A stretch of 64,000 bases of DNA from an uncultured cyanobacterium (lineage in GTDB: Bacteria > Cyanobacteriota > Cyanobacteriia > Cyanobacteriales > CAWCAG01), in NCBI GenBank assembly GCA_963803805.1, contig CAWDOD010000011.1:288001-352000 (forward strand), read 5' to 3'. Shown here piece by piece: positions 20,200 through 29,548 of the stretch. Every line of letters starts with the position of its first letter. Positions within the stretch are counted from its first letter, which is position 1. Under the pieces are notes generated by a model that saw only the letters and a list, made by a program, of their open reading frames with translations, was not told where the DNA came from and ran no database searches. The translations under genes and the position numbers were made by a program.

Positions 20200-22530
20200 G
20201 TGAAAACTTTGCGACTACAACATCTACCTCTAGTTAGGAAAATCTGGCAGCGTCTGGAGACAATGCCTTTACCACCAACAGAGGAATCTATCCTGCTACG
20301 GATATTAGTCCAGGGATTGGTAGCTGTAGGCATTGTCGCTACAGATGTGGCTGCGGGTACTCAATTAAGCTTGTGGGCTATACCTTTAAGCTGTGTCGGT
20401 GCTATTTGGAGTTGGTATCGACGGCGTAAGCGCAATGTTATGGTGAAGTTTCTTCTTGCCATAGGTATGTTACTAGCTATGGCTAGTTTTTTTGGGAATT
20501 TATTTTCTAGTTTGAATGATACTCGCCTTGTCCTAGCTGAGTTATTAATTCAACTACAAGTTCTTCACAGTTTTGATTTACCTCGGCGTAAAGATTTAGG
20601 CTACTCCATGATTATTGGGTTAATCCTTTTGGGGGTAGCTGGTACGGTTTCGCAAACTTTAGCTTTTGCACCCCTGTTATTTCTGTTCTTAGTTTTTGCT
20701 CTACCTGTTTTAGTTTTAGATTATCGTTCCCGTTTGGGGTTAGTTGAAGAAAAAAGGAGGAGAAAAAACTCTAGTGAACAGGATTTAAGGGAAGGGGATA
20801 GAAAACTGTCTCTTTCTAGTCTTAAGTCTTCCCTTTTTGTTATTCTTTCTCCCCAACGTTGGCTTTTTTTGCTAGGAACTATTTTGGTTTTAGGGTTGAC
20901 TATTTTTCTTCTGATGCCTCGTTTTCCTGGTTATCAACTCCAAAGTTTTCCTGTTAGTGCGCCAATAGATTTAGATAACAAAAGTTTTGAGCAACAAAAT
21001 CAGGGTATTGTTAATCCTGGTTATGGCAACCAAGAAAATGGTGACGGAGAAGGTAGCGGTAGTGGCGAAACAGAAGCCCCAGGAGAGATAGATGATACCT
21101 TTTACTATGGCTTTAATAGTCAGATTAACCAAAATCTCCGGGGAGAAATGACTCCCAAGGTGGTTTTGCGGATACGCTCCCAAGCACCAGGTTTTTGGCG
21201 GGTAATGGCATTTGATCGCTACACTGGCAAAGGGTGGAAAGTTTCTCGTGAAGATAAGTTAATTCAAATTGAGCGCCCTAGCTGGTCTTATCAATTTTAT
21301 CTTTCTCCTCCCCGTACCACAGCACCAACTAAGCGAGTAATTCAAAGTTATACAACAGTTACTGAGTTACCTAATATTATTCCGGCTTTAACTTATCCTA
21401 AGCAACTTTATTTTCCTGCCAAACAAGTTGCTATAGATTTAGAAGGGAGTTTGCGATCGCCCCTTGGTTTAGTAGAAGGATTGACCTATACAGTAATTTC
21501 AGAAGTACCTATTCGCGATCGCAGTTTATTGAGGAAGGCTTCAGAGGAATATCCAGAGAAGATCGAAGAGTATTATTTACAAATTCCTCCAGAAATCCTA
21601 ACTAAGGTGAAGCAGCGAACAGAAGAACTTTTAGCTAAATCCCCTAATCCCCTAACTTCCAGTTACGAAAAAGCCCTTTATCTTGCCCAAGCTATCAAGC
21701 AAAGTTATGAAGTTAAAACTGATTTACCCTTTTTTGAGAAAGATGAGGATTTAGTAGAGGCTTTTCTATTTCGCCATCAAGGAGGCTACCCAGATCATTT
21801 TGCTACCGCCTATACTATGATGCTTCGTTCGGTAGGTATACCTGCCCGGTTAGAAGTCGGTTTCGCCACTGGACAGTTTAACCCTTTTACTGGACTTTAT
21901 GTGGTTAAAAATACAGATGCCCATGCTTTAACAGAAGTTTATTTTGGTGATTACGGTTGGTATGCTTTTGATCCTATTCCTGGCCATGAAATAGTCCCTC
22001 CTTCTATTGAAGAAGTGGAAACCTTCAGTGCATTACAACAATTTTGGCGTTTGATTGCTGGTTGGTTGCCTTCCCCTGTGACTAGCTTTTTGGGGGAAGT
22101 TTGGCAGCAAGTTATTGTGAGGATAATTCGCTCTATTGCTTGGTTGTGGAGATTTTTCTCTAGTACTTGGCTTGGCTTGTTTACAGGTATTATGGCCGCT
22201 ATTGGCTTTAGTTTTCTGACTTGGTTAGGTTGGAATCAACTGCAAGCTTGGGCCCGTCGTCGTTGGCTAGCTAAGTTAGCGCCTATGGAAAGATTGTATC
22301 AACAAATGCTCAAATTATCTGCTGAGCAAGGATATCCTAAAAACCCTGCCCAAACCCCTTTGGAATATGCCCAAAGTGTACGGGGAAATTTGCAAAGTGT
22401 TAGGGCTGATATCATTGAAGAGATTTGTCAAGGATATGTAGGCTGGCGTTATGGGGATAAGACACAAAATGTTTCCTATTTGCAAGGGCAGCTACAAGCA
22501 TTACGGCGTAGTCTCAGAAGAATCAATTAA
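20200..22530 (+). CDS. Membrane transglutaminase-like protein (TgpA type)
   Basis: N-terminal TMs, FWRVMAFDRY.G..W, GYPDHFAT, GIPARL..GF..G, DAHA..EVYF..YGW..FDP. Confidence 0.85.
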   Translation: MKTLRLQHLPLVRKIWQRLETMPLPPTEESILLRILVQGLVAVGIVATDVAAGTQLSLWAIPLSCVGAIWSWYRRRKRNVMVKFLLAIGMLLAMASFFGNLFSSLNDTRLVLAELLIQLQVLHSFDLPRRKDLGYSMIIGLILLGVAGTVSQTLAFAPLLFLFLVFALPVLVLDYRSRLGLVEEKRRRKNSSEQDLREGDRKLSLSSLKSSLFVILSPQRWLFLLGTILVLGLTIFLLMPRFPGYQLQSFPVSAPIDLDNKSFEQQNQGIVNPGYGNQENGDGEGSGSGETEAPGEIDDTFYYGFNSQINQNLRGEMTPKVVLRIRSQAPGFWRVMAFDRYTGKGWKVSREDKLIQIERPSWSYQFYLSPPRTTAPTKRVIQSYTTVTELPNIIPALTYPKQLYFPAKQVAIDLEGSLRSPLGLVEGLTYTVISEVPIRDRSLLRKASEEYPEKIEEYYLQIPPEILTKVKQRTEELLAKSPNPLTSSYEKALYLAQAIKQSYEVKTDLPFFEKDEDLVEAFLFRHQGGYPDHFATAYTMMLRSVGIPARLEVGFATGQFNPFTGLYVVKNTDAHALTEVYFGDYGWYAFDPIPGHEIVPPSIEEVETFSALQQFWRLIAGWLPSPVTSFLGEVWQQVIVRIIRSIAWLWRFFSSTWLGLFTGIMAAIGFSFLTWLGWNQLQAWARRRWLAKLAPMERLYQQMLKLSAEQGYPKNPAQTPLEYAQSVRGNLQSVRADIIEEICQGYVGWRYGDKTQNVSYLQGQLQALRRSLRRIN

Positions 22531-23453
22531 TCAGGTACATTGACAGCACCATTTTTCTGCAAATATTGTTTCTGTTCTTCTGTCAATCCTTTAGCATCAG
22601 TAAAGATTGCTTCTCTTACCTCAGCATCTGTTAAATCTACTTCAGCTAAAACACTATTTTCAAAGTTAGCATTCTGTAAATTAGCACTTCTGAAATTAAT
22701 TTGTGATAAAGTTGCTCTTTCTAATTTAGCATCAAATAAAGAGGCAGAGGTAAAGTCAATTTGTGTTAAAGTGCTGCCTTGTAACATGGCTTCTGATAAT
22801 TCTGCTTGTTGTAAAATTACCGCTCTCAAATTAGCTTCAGCTAAGTTAGCAGCAAAAAGATTTGCTTGAGTTAAATCAGCTTCAGCTAAGTAAGCATGAA
22901 TAAAGGTAGCCGCTTCTAAATTAGCTTCGCGCCAAATTGTTGCCAATAAATTTGCTCCCTCAAACCGAGCTTTTCTTAAGTTAGCATGGCTAAAATTAGC
23001 TTGGGGAAAGTTAGACATACTCAAATTTGCTTTGCTTAACTCAGCATTACTAAAGTTAGCGGCTTTTCCTTTTGCTTCACGAAAATCTGCTCTTTCTAAA
23101 ACCGCAGCCGTTGCCGCAATATTATCTAAAATAGCGCCGTAAAAGTTAGCAGATTTTGCTTGAATATGGTTCATAATAGCGCCACTAAAATCAGCATTGG
23201 TTAAAGTAGCTTCGTTAAAGTTAGCACCAGCTAAGGAAGCCTGACTAAAGTTAGCAAAAATCAAAGTAGCTTCAGAGAAATTAGTTTCTTGACAAGAGGT
23301 TTTAGTGAAGTTAGATCGACGCAAGTAAGCTTTACTAAAATCGCCTCGGTCTAGGTTTTTACCTTCAAGATCAACTTTACTTAGTTCTGCTTTAGCTAAG
23401 GATTCTCCTTTTTGGATTTTGGCAACTATTTCACTGGCAGTAAATAGAGTCAT
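22527..23453 (-). CDS. Pentapeptide repeat protein
   Basis: Continuous A(N/D)(L/F)xx repeats. Confidence 0.93.
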   Translation of the reverse strand: MTLFTASEIVAKIQKGESLAKAELSKVDLEGKNLDRGDFSKAYLRRSNFTKTSCQETNFSEATLIFANFSQASLAGANFNEATLTNADFSGAIMNHIQAKSANFYGAILDNIAATAAVLERADFREAKGKAANFSNAELSKANLSMSNFPQANFSHANLRKARFEGANLLATIWREANLEAATFIHAYLAEADLTQANLFAANLAEANLRAVILQQAELSEAMLQGSTLTQIDFTSASLFDAKLERATLSQINFRSANLQNANFENSVLAEVDLTDAEVREAIFTDAKGLTEEQKQYLQKNGAVNVPD

Positions 23454-23477
23454 AATGATGCTTTTGAAAAGACAAAT

Positions 23478-24557
23478 TTATTTATTTAACTTATAGTAAT
23501 CTTGCAACCACTGAGTTAAGTCGCTATTAGTTTGAAAATTCCACATAGCTTCTCCTAAATCTTCTAATTCTTGAGCTTCTAAGGCTTCAATAGAAGTAAT
23601 AGCTTCTGAGGTTAATTCTCCAAAACGGCGCTCAATTTGCCGTAATAACAAGCTTCTTTCGCCTTCGATTTTTCCTTCTTCTAAACCTTGTTGCAATCCC
23701 TGTTGTAACCCTTCTTCTAAACCTTGTTGTAACCCTTCTTCTAATCCCTGTTGTAACCCTTCTTCTAATCCCTGTTGTAACCCTTCTTCTAATCCCTGTT
23801 GTAACCCTTCTTCTAATCCCTGTTGTAACCCTTCTTCTAAACCTTGTTTTTTAGCAAAAATCATTGCACCTTGACGATCAGCAATGAACATTTCCTGTTT
23901 ATGTAATTTCTCTAATTCTTCTACACTCAAGCTAGCTTGATTAGCAATGTTCAAGGCTTTTTCTATTTGTGGTATCTGTCCCATTTTTTCTGGTATTACT
24001 TCTAAGTTTTGCGCTTCTTTAATAAAGTAGATCCATTTATCCGTAACACTTTCTAAATCTTCTAGTTTTTTGTTAAACTTAGGCAATTCTACAAATACTA
24101 GCTTTAATTCCTCTTCCTGATAAGCAATTTTTTCTTCTTCTTCTTGAAAATGGAAACGAGTAATTACTTTCTGGCTTGAAGAAAATAAAGTAAAGTCAGT
24201 GATAGTTAAAGCAATTACTGGTGCAAGATCAGAATATCCCTGTCCAGATTTAAGTTGATTACCGTAGGTTTTGCAGAGGTTGTAAACTACTCGTTTTTTA
24301 AAAGCCTCTACGTTCCAGATTTGCATCTCGATGATGACGCTTGTGCCATCATTTAATACTGCTTTAACGTCAAGATAACTATCTTTTAAATCAACGATAT
24401 CACTAGGGTTATAGGGGTCAATAATTTTCAAATCTTCAATGACAGCATCACCGGAGTAAATGGTGGCATTGAGGAAGGAAATGAGAATATCTTTACTTTC
24501 ATCGGAACTAAATATTTTTTTGAAAGCAAAGTCAGTTTTAGGTGAGATGAATCTCAT
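23478..24557 (-). CDS. Rpn family PD-(D/E)XK nuclease / putative transposase with DUF4351-like tail
   Basis: FISPKTDFAFKKIF, LDVKA, IIEMQ, FVELPKF, DKWIYF. Confidence 0.88.
   Translation of the reverse strand: MRFISPKTDFAFKKIFSSDESKDILISFLNATIYSGDAVIEDLKIIDPYNPSDIVDLKDSYLDVKAVLNDGTSVIIEMQIWNVEAFKKRVVYNLCKTYGNQLKSGQGYSDLAPVIALTITDFTLFSSSQKVITRFHFQEEEEKIAYQEEELKLVFVELPKFNKKLEDLESVTDKWIYFIKEAQNLEVIPEKMGQIPQIEKALNIANQASLSVEELEKLHKQEMFIADRQGAMIFAKKQGLEEGLQQGLEEGLQQGLEEGLQQGLEEGLQQGLEEGLQQGLEEGLQQGLQQGLEEGKIEGERSLLLRQIERRFGELTSEAITSIEALEAQELEDLGEAMWNFQTNSDLTQWLQDYYKLNK
23673..23848. repeat. 24-bp coding tandem repeat (QQGLEEGL), about 7 units
   Basis: ccttcttctaa(a/t)cc(t/c)tgttgtaac repeated. 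Confidence 0.9.
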
Positions 24558-24684
24558 TGGGGTGAGGATAATATAGCTAGTTGTTATACACTTATTTTAA
24601 GCCAGCTAGCTTCTGAAACCTGAAGCAGTTGCTTGATAGTTATTGCCCTGCATTTATGGGATAGAAAGACTGGGCAACCACTAC

Positions 24685-24787
24685 TAAGCTGTCAGGCATT
24701 TAATTTACTTATTAGGTTTGATGGGGAGAGGGTTTTAGGGCTTATTTCCTAGTTGAGTAATACACAGTTTAAATGCACATCAGCTTA
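24685..24787. mobile_element. MITE-like element (~100 bp) with imperfect TIRs and TA flanks
   Basis: TA|AGCTGtcagGCATTTAA ... TTAAATGCacatCAGCT|TA, 13/17 TIR match. Confidence 0.6.
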
Positions 24788-24809
24788 GCAGGAAACACTA
24801 TCCTTAAGT

Positions 24810-25259
24810 TTAAGTTGTTTTGACTAAGACAGAACCCTCTTCTTCTTTCACTTCATAGGTTGCTAAAGGTTCTTGGGCAGGGCCTTTCAGTACTTCTCCA
24901 TCGGGGGCAAACTGGGAACCATGACAAGGGCAAACTAAATTTTTAGCCTCAGCATTCCACTCTACAGTACAACCTTGATGGGTACACATTGGGCTAACAG
25001 CAGCTAGACTGTTATCTTCGTTGCGGACTACGATTAAGTCGTTTTTCTTTTGTAAAAGGTAGCCTGCTTCATCTAATTCAGTGGTTGTACCAGCGACAAT
25101 AAAGCCATCTTCGCGAGGGCCTTCAGCAGCAGGAGTTTCTTCCGGGGAGGTTTCCGTTTCTGCTTCTTCGGCTTCAGGACTACAAGCTGCGATCGCAACG
25201 GGTAAAGAACTAGCTAAAATACCAACACTAACCCAACCTAAAAATTTACGACGTTCCAT
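24810..25259 (-). CDS. Small Rieske [2Fe-2S] lipoprotein, PetC3-like
   Basis: Tat motif ERRKFL, lipobox IAAC, CTHQGC and CPCHGSQF. Confidence 0.88.
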   Translation of the reverse strand: MERRKFLGWVSVGILASSLPVAIAACSPEAEEAETETSPEETPAAEGPREDGFIVAGTTTELDEAGYLLQKKNDLIVVRNEDNSLAAVSPMCTHQGCTVEWNAEAKNLVCPCHGSQFAPDGEVLKGPAQEPLATYEVKEEEGSVLVKTT

Positions 25260-25285
25260 AAGTGTTTCTCCTCAATTTTAAGTTA

Positions 25286-27004
25286 TTAATTATCAACCTT
25301 CAACTTTAACTGTCCCATCATATCTGTTTCTGCTGGTTTTTTACGATTGAACCAACCCTTATGACGTACTGTTGCTGCCAAGACAAAGAGTAAATCTAAA
25401 CCCACTAAACCAGCTACCATTAACTCCGAACCCCCCGTACTGAAACCGTAGCTGTGCAAACCAGTACCCAGAAAAAAGTTTACTCCATACCAGGCCATTA
25501 ATACAGCATTGAAACATACTACACTAGCTACTGCCATACCAAAGTTAGTTAGCCAACCAATGAGACGGCCATGTAAGGGGACAATGTAGGAGATTAAGGC
25601 AATTAAGGCCCAGGTTTCTTTTGGGTCCCAACCCCAGAAACGTCCCCAGGAGAAATGCGCCCAGATGCCGCCGAGAATTACCCCTGCGGTGAGAAGTAGG
25701 ACTCCTACTTGTAAAACGCCATAATTCCATTTAGAGAGGTTTTTAATTTTTTCTGTAGCTTGGGGGGCGAAGAGATAGTAGCCCAGGATGATGTGACCTA
25801 AGCCTAAAGCGAGGGCAAAGCTGGCATAGCTTAGGGTGATAGTGGGGACGTGGATGCTTAACCAGAAGTTATCCCGCAAAACCGGAACTAAGGGTTTGAT
25901 GCTAGGATCAAGGACAGCAGGGAGACTGTCGGCTAAAACTAAGCAAACAACGGATAGGGGGGCTGCTGCCAGGAGGTAGTATTTGGCACGATAAATTAGT
26001 TCAAAAACTAAAGCGATCGCCGCTAAACCAAAACCGACCCAAATTACCGACTCGTACATATTGGTAACAGGAGGCCGGCCGGCAATTTGCATTCTTTCCC
26101 AAAAACCGTAGCTATGAATGGCAATACCAACTACAAAGATGCCTATTGTTCCCCAGTAGAAGTTGAATTTCTCTACCCCTACTACTAATAGCATGATTGC
26201 AAAGGCGATCGCATATAGTCGCCAAGCTTTGGCAAAGGGATGTAAGCCGTAGAAGTTAACTTCCCGTTGCAGGAGGGCGTGATTAGGATAAATTTCTGGA
26301 CTAAGGGCGCGGAGTTTATCTTGTAATTTGCCACCAAGTTCACCCAAAACTTGGTAATGTTCAGGGCTAGAGAGATAAACTTGTTTCAACATTTCATAGT
26401 CAGCAAGTACCGGGGCAACCTGTTGGGCTTGGTAATATTGGGTTGCTTGCTTCAAACCTACCCACTTTCCTTTAATATCGCTGGGGTGGGGTACTAAAGG
26501 TAATTTGTTTACCCCCACTGTGTCAACCAGCAAAGCCAATCTATCTTCAATGGTTAAAGCTTCCCTCTCATCCCTAGTTAAGTCGAGGTTGTCAGCTTCC
26601 TTTTGCCTTGCATCGAGGATAACGGAACCTAAACTGGAACTAATTAACTCTTGGAAAGTAAAATACTTACGTTCAGGATCTAGTCCTACTTTCTCTTTGA
26701 GGGGACGGTAGCTAAAGAGAATAAAGGGTTCTTGATTCCAATCTCGGTCATTAAACCACAAAGAAAGGTAGGTTTGCAGATAACCTAATGTTTCCCCATT
26801 TTTGGGGCGATAGTTGGCACGACCATGAATTTGCGCTACAGTTTCCTGGGCTACTGTGGCTAAAGGCTTTTTACGTCCATCTAGTTGCACTGCCATAGTT
26901 TCTAGGGATTCCCAAGAGGAGGCTTGAAACTGGCTAAAGGGAATCAGGATTAAGAAGATGCCTAAACAGAGTCCGATGATGAATTTGAGTGGTTTGTTAA
27001 TCAT
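25286..27004 (-). CDS. ccsA: System II cytochrome c synthase CcsA/ResC with large N-terminal soluble domain
   Basis: WGRFWGWDPKETW (WWD), PV.NMYES, WLSIHV, GLHSY; start at MINKP is my preference. Confidence 0.88.
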   Translation of the reverse strand: MINKPLKFIIGLCLGIFLILIPFSQFQASSWESLETMAVQLDGRKKPLATVAQETVAQIHGRANYRPKNGETLGYLQTYLSLWFNDRDWNQEPFILFSYRPLKEKVGLDPERKYFTFQELISSSLGSVILDARQKEADNLDLTRDEREALTIEDRLALLVDTVGVNKLPLVPHPSDIKGKWVGLKQATQYYQAQQVAPVLADYEMLKQVYLSSPEHYQVLGELGGKLQDKLRALSPEIYPNHALLQREVNFYGLHPFAKAWRLYAIAFAIMLLVVGVEKFNFYWGTIGIFVVGIAIHSYGFWERMQIAGRPPVTNMYESVIWVGFGLAAIALVFELIYRAKYYLLAAAPLSVVCLVLADSLPAVLDPSIKPLVPVLRDNFWLSIHVPTITLSYASFALALGLGHIILGYYLFAPQATEKIKNLSKWNYGVLQVGVLLLTAGVILGGIWAHFSWGRFWGWDPKETWALIALISYIVPLHGRLIGWLTNFGMAVASVVCFNAVLMAWYGVNFFLGTGLHSYGFSTGGSELMVAGLVGLDLLFVLAATVRHKGWFNRKKPAETDMMGQLKLKVDN

Positions 27005-27066
27005 ATTTATTGTAGGTTGCAGGTATTTGGAATTGGGGGAATAGCGTCTAGCAAAAGTAATAAGTT

Positions 27067-27128
27067 GTAGGGGCGATCCGTTTCCCAAATATTGTTGATA
27101 AATCAAGGTTTGAATTGGATCGCCCTTA
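27067..27128. repeat. REP-like inverted repeat
   Basis: GTAGGGGCGATCC ... GGATCGCCCTTA; GTAG-initiated palindrome. Confidence 0.55.
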
Positions 27129-27140
27129 ATCTCCAGTCCC

Positions 27141-28922
27141 TCAATTGACGGTTAGCAATGGCTTGGTTTGTGCTTCTGTTGGAGTTGGGTTTGGCTGTTC
27201 GGTTAGGGCAGGTTTGGGTTTTAGTTTTTTAACTAATACTGGGCCGTAGAACATTACGGCAATGCCTATAACTACTAAGGCTGAACCTATCCAAGTTAAA
27301 GCTGTTACCCAAGCAGGTTCTCGCTTTACCTGTAGGGTTGACTGGCGTAAATCTCCGGGATTCCAGGAGGCTTGGGCAATTTTCCAGCCTTGATACCAAG
27401 TGGGATGATTCATCCAGACTTTGCGTTGTTGAGTTAAGCCAGTTTGAGGATCTTGCAGGCGGATTTGACTTGTCCACATGGCTACAGATTCGCTGCCTTC
27501 ATTCCGTTCCACAATAAAGTCTTCAAGCTGAATATTAAAGGGAAGTTGCAAGACTTTCGGGCTAAAGGCTGCAAAAATATCCCCTGCTGTATCATTGATA
27601 GTGGTTGCTTCTCCCCAAGGCAACCAGGTTTGCGTTCCAGTTTCCGTTCCTACCAACAGGGCAGGAACCCCTTCAAAGTTAGGATTATCAACAGGTACAA
27701 CTTGACGCTTAAGCTGGGCTTGAGGCATAAATTCTTCTAAGGTGATTTGGAAATCTGCCCAACCGGGAGTGATAACTTGACCAACTTCTAAGGAACCAGA
27801 TTTGAAACCACGGGAAGATTGCGCACTGTAAAAAAGTTGCTTGTCTGGGGTGGTTATGACACGGAAATAGTCTTCTGGGGTGGGAGGTTGAACGGTGTAG
27901 CTGATTTTAATTCCTTGGATTGCTTCCCCGGAAACTAAGCTACGAATCGGTTCAAAGTTATTGCCAAAAACAAACCAACGTTCTGTTCCCGTTGCGGTAG
28001 TTAGTTCTAACTGTACAGCAGGGTTGTTGAAGTTTTGGGAAGCGGTGGCTGGTTGGTTGTTGCTATTTAATCTAAAGTCTGGCCAGAAGTCAACCACTTT
28101 AACTTTGAGGTTGTTAGCAAGTTTGCTTGTGTTGCCAATACTTGTTTTAACATCTAAATCTAATTCTTTATCCCCTGCAACTATTTGTAAGTCACCCCAG
28201 GGGCTAGAATCTTTATTTTGGGGTGTGTTTAAATACTTTTGTAGTTCTGCTTCACTAGCAACAGCAATAATCTCTAACTGGGCTGGGCCAATTGTCATCT
28301 GACTGTAACTAGCGGGGGCAACGGCTAAGGAACGTTCTACCGTTTGTCCCATGCGATCGCTAGTTAAACTCAATCTTACTCCAGGATTAACAACCGTTGC
28401 TCCTGGGATAAAGCTAGCGGTTTGCATGGTATTTTCACTATAACTAAGTAAGGAAAGACCTGCAAAGCTTTGAGGATAAACTTTACCGCTAGCTTTAACA
28501 AATACATCGGTTTGTTGTATTTGCCCTTGGGGATTCATTACTTCCAGTAATTCCCCTTCAACACGAATCTGATTATTGGGGCCACTGTCAGTCCGCAACA
28601 GAGTTAAACCTTCTAGTCCTAAATGAATTACGGCTGCTGAACCAGCGATGATAACAATTAAGCCTAAATGAGTTAAAGCAAAACCTACTTTGCGCGGTCC
28701 TCGCCAGGGATAGCGACTTAAAGCAGAAACTCCTAAGTTTATGGCTAAAAGAAACATCAAAGCCCCAAACCAAGGACTTTTATAAACGGCTTGTTGTACG
28801 GTAGCAGAACCAACTTCTGATTCATAAAATGTTGCACCAATCAAAATAGCAGTAATGGCACATAAGAGAGGAACTGCTAACTTAATAGAACCAAGAAAAC
28901 TAAAAGATTTTTTATTCATCAC
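27141..28922 (-). CDS. Cytochrome c biogenesis protein ResB/CcsB
   Basis: GS.KLAV, Y.SPWF, THLG in third TM, LPF.I.L.DF, MNHP..Y.GWK..Q, C-terminal TM. Confidence 0.88.
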   Translation of the reverse strand: MMNKKSFSFLGSIKLAVPLLCAITAILIGATFYESEVGSATVQQAVYKSPWFGALMFLLAINLGVSALSRYPWRGPRKVGFALTHLGLIVIIAGSAAVIHLGLEGLTLLRTDSGPNNQIRVEGELLEVMNPQGQIQQTDVFVKASGKVYPQSFAGLSLLSYSENTMQTASFIPGATVVNPGVRLSLTSDRMGQTVERSLAVAPASYSQMTIGPAQLEIIAVASEAELQKYLNTPQNKDSSPWGDLQIVAGDKELDLDVKTSIGNTSKLANNLKVKVVDFWPDFRLNSNNQPATASQNFNNPAVQLELTTATGTERWFVFGNNFEPIRSLVSGEAIQGIKISYTVQPPTPEDYFRVITTPDKQLFYSAQSSRGFKSGSLEVGQVITPGWADFQITLEEFMPQAQLKRQVVPVDNPNFEGVPALLVGTETGTQTWLPWGEATTINDTAGDIFAAFSPKVLQLPFNIQLEDFIVERNEGSESVAMWTSQIRLQDPQTGLTQQRKVWMNHPTWYQGWKIAQASWNPGDLRQSTLQVKREPAWVTALTWIGSALVVIGIAVMFYGPVLVKKLKPKPALTEQPNPTPTEAQTKPLLTVN

Positions 28923-28925
28923 TTA

Positions 28926-29465
28926 TTACCTATTACCTGCCGTTTTCCTATATCTAAAGTGAGTAACATTAGCAATTGTTTCCCGTAAAGATTGGCTAGA
29001 TTCACCATATAAATCCAACCATTCATAAAAAGTTAGTTCTCCCCCTAAATAGGTATCAGGATTTTCTGCACCTTGTAACATGATTTTACATATTAAAGTG
29101 TAAGCATCTAACCAATTTTGTTCTAATTCTTGTGTCCATTGTGAACCTAAATAAGTAGCGAAAGTTTCTAATAAGGCTTTACCAACTAAAGGATAATGTT
29201 CTGCTACTGTACCAACGGTAACGTGGTGCGCTCCTAAACTTTTTAAAGCTAAAGTTAGTTCTTCAAGGTTACGGAGATTTTCCACAATTAAACCTAAAGA
29301 AGCAACTAGTTTCTTCTCTTGGGCTTCAATACTAACATTTTTAAACATAGGTTCTAGTTCTGGATTGTTGCGAAAGAGATTTTCATAGAAGCTAGCAGAG
29401 AATTGTTGCATTTGAGGTTTAATTGCCTCAAAGGATTTTTCTAGAATTTGAGAATTTAAGGCCAT
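28926..29465 (-). CDS. Single-domain globin with C-terminal extension
   Basis: FY(B10), F(CD1), Q(E7), LGAHH(F8), HYPLVG. Confidence 0.88.
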   Translation of the reverse strand: MALNSQILEKSFEAIKPQMQQFSASFYENLFRNNPELEPMFKNVSIEAQEKKLVASLGLIVENLRNLEELTLALKSLGAHHVTVGTVAEHYPLVGKALLETFATYLGSQWTQELEQNWLDAYTLICKIMLQGAENPDTYLGGELTFYEWLDLYGESSQSLRETIANVTHFRYRKTAGNR

Positions 29466-29548
29466 TTTTAGTTATTAATTTATAAAAATGAAGATAGATT
29501 TTTAATAAGCTAAACAATTGAAACTATTAGCTAATCACCTATTACTTT

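Noticed and set aside
23673-23848. Regular repeats resembling a CRISPR array
   Set aside because: No spacers; in-frame coding repeat within the Rpn gene; no cas genes
27095-27106. TTGAT-AA-ATCAA as an FNR box
   Set aside because: Spacer is 2 nt rather than 4, and it lies inside a REP-like element
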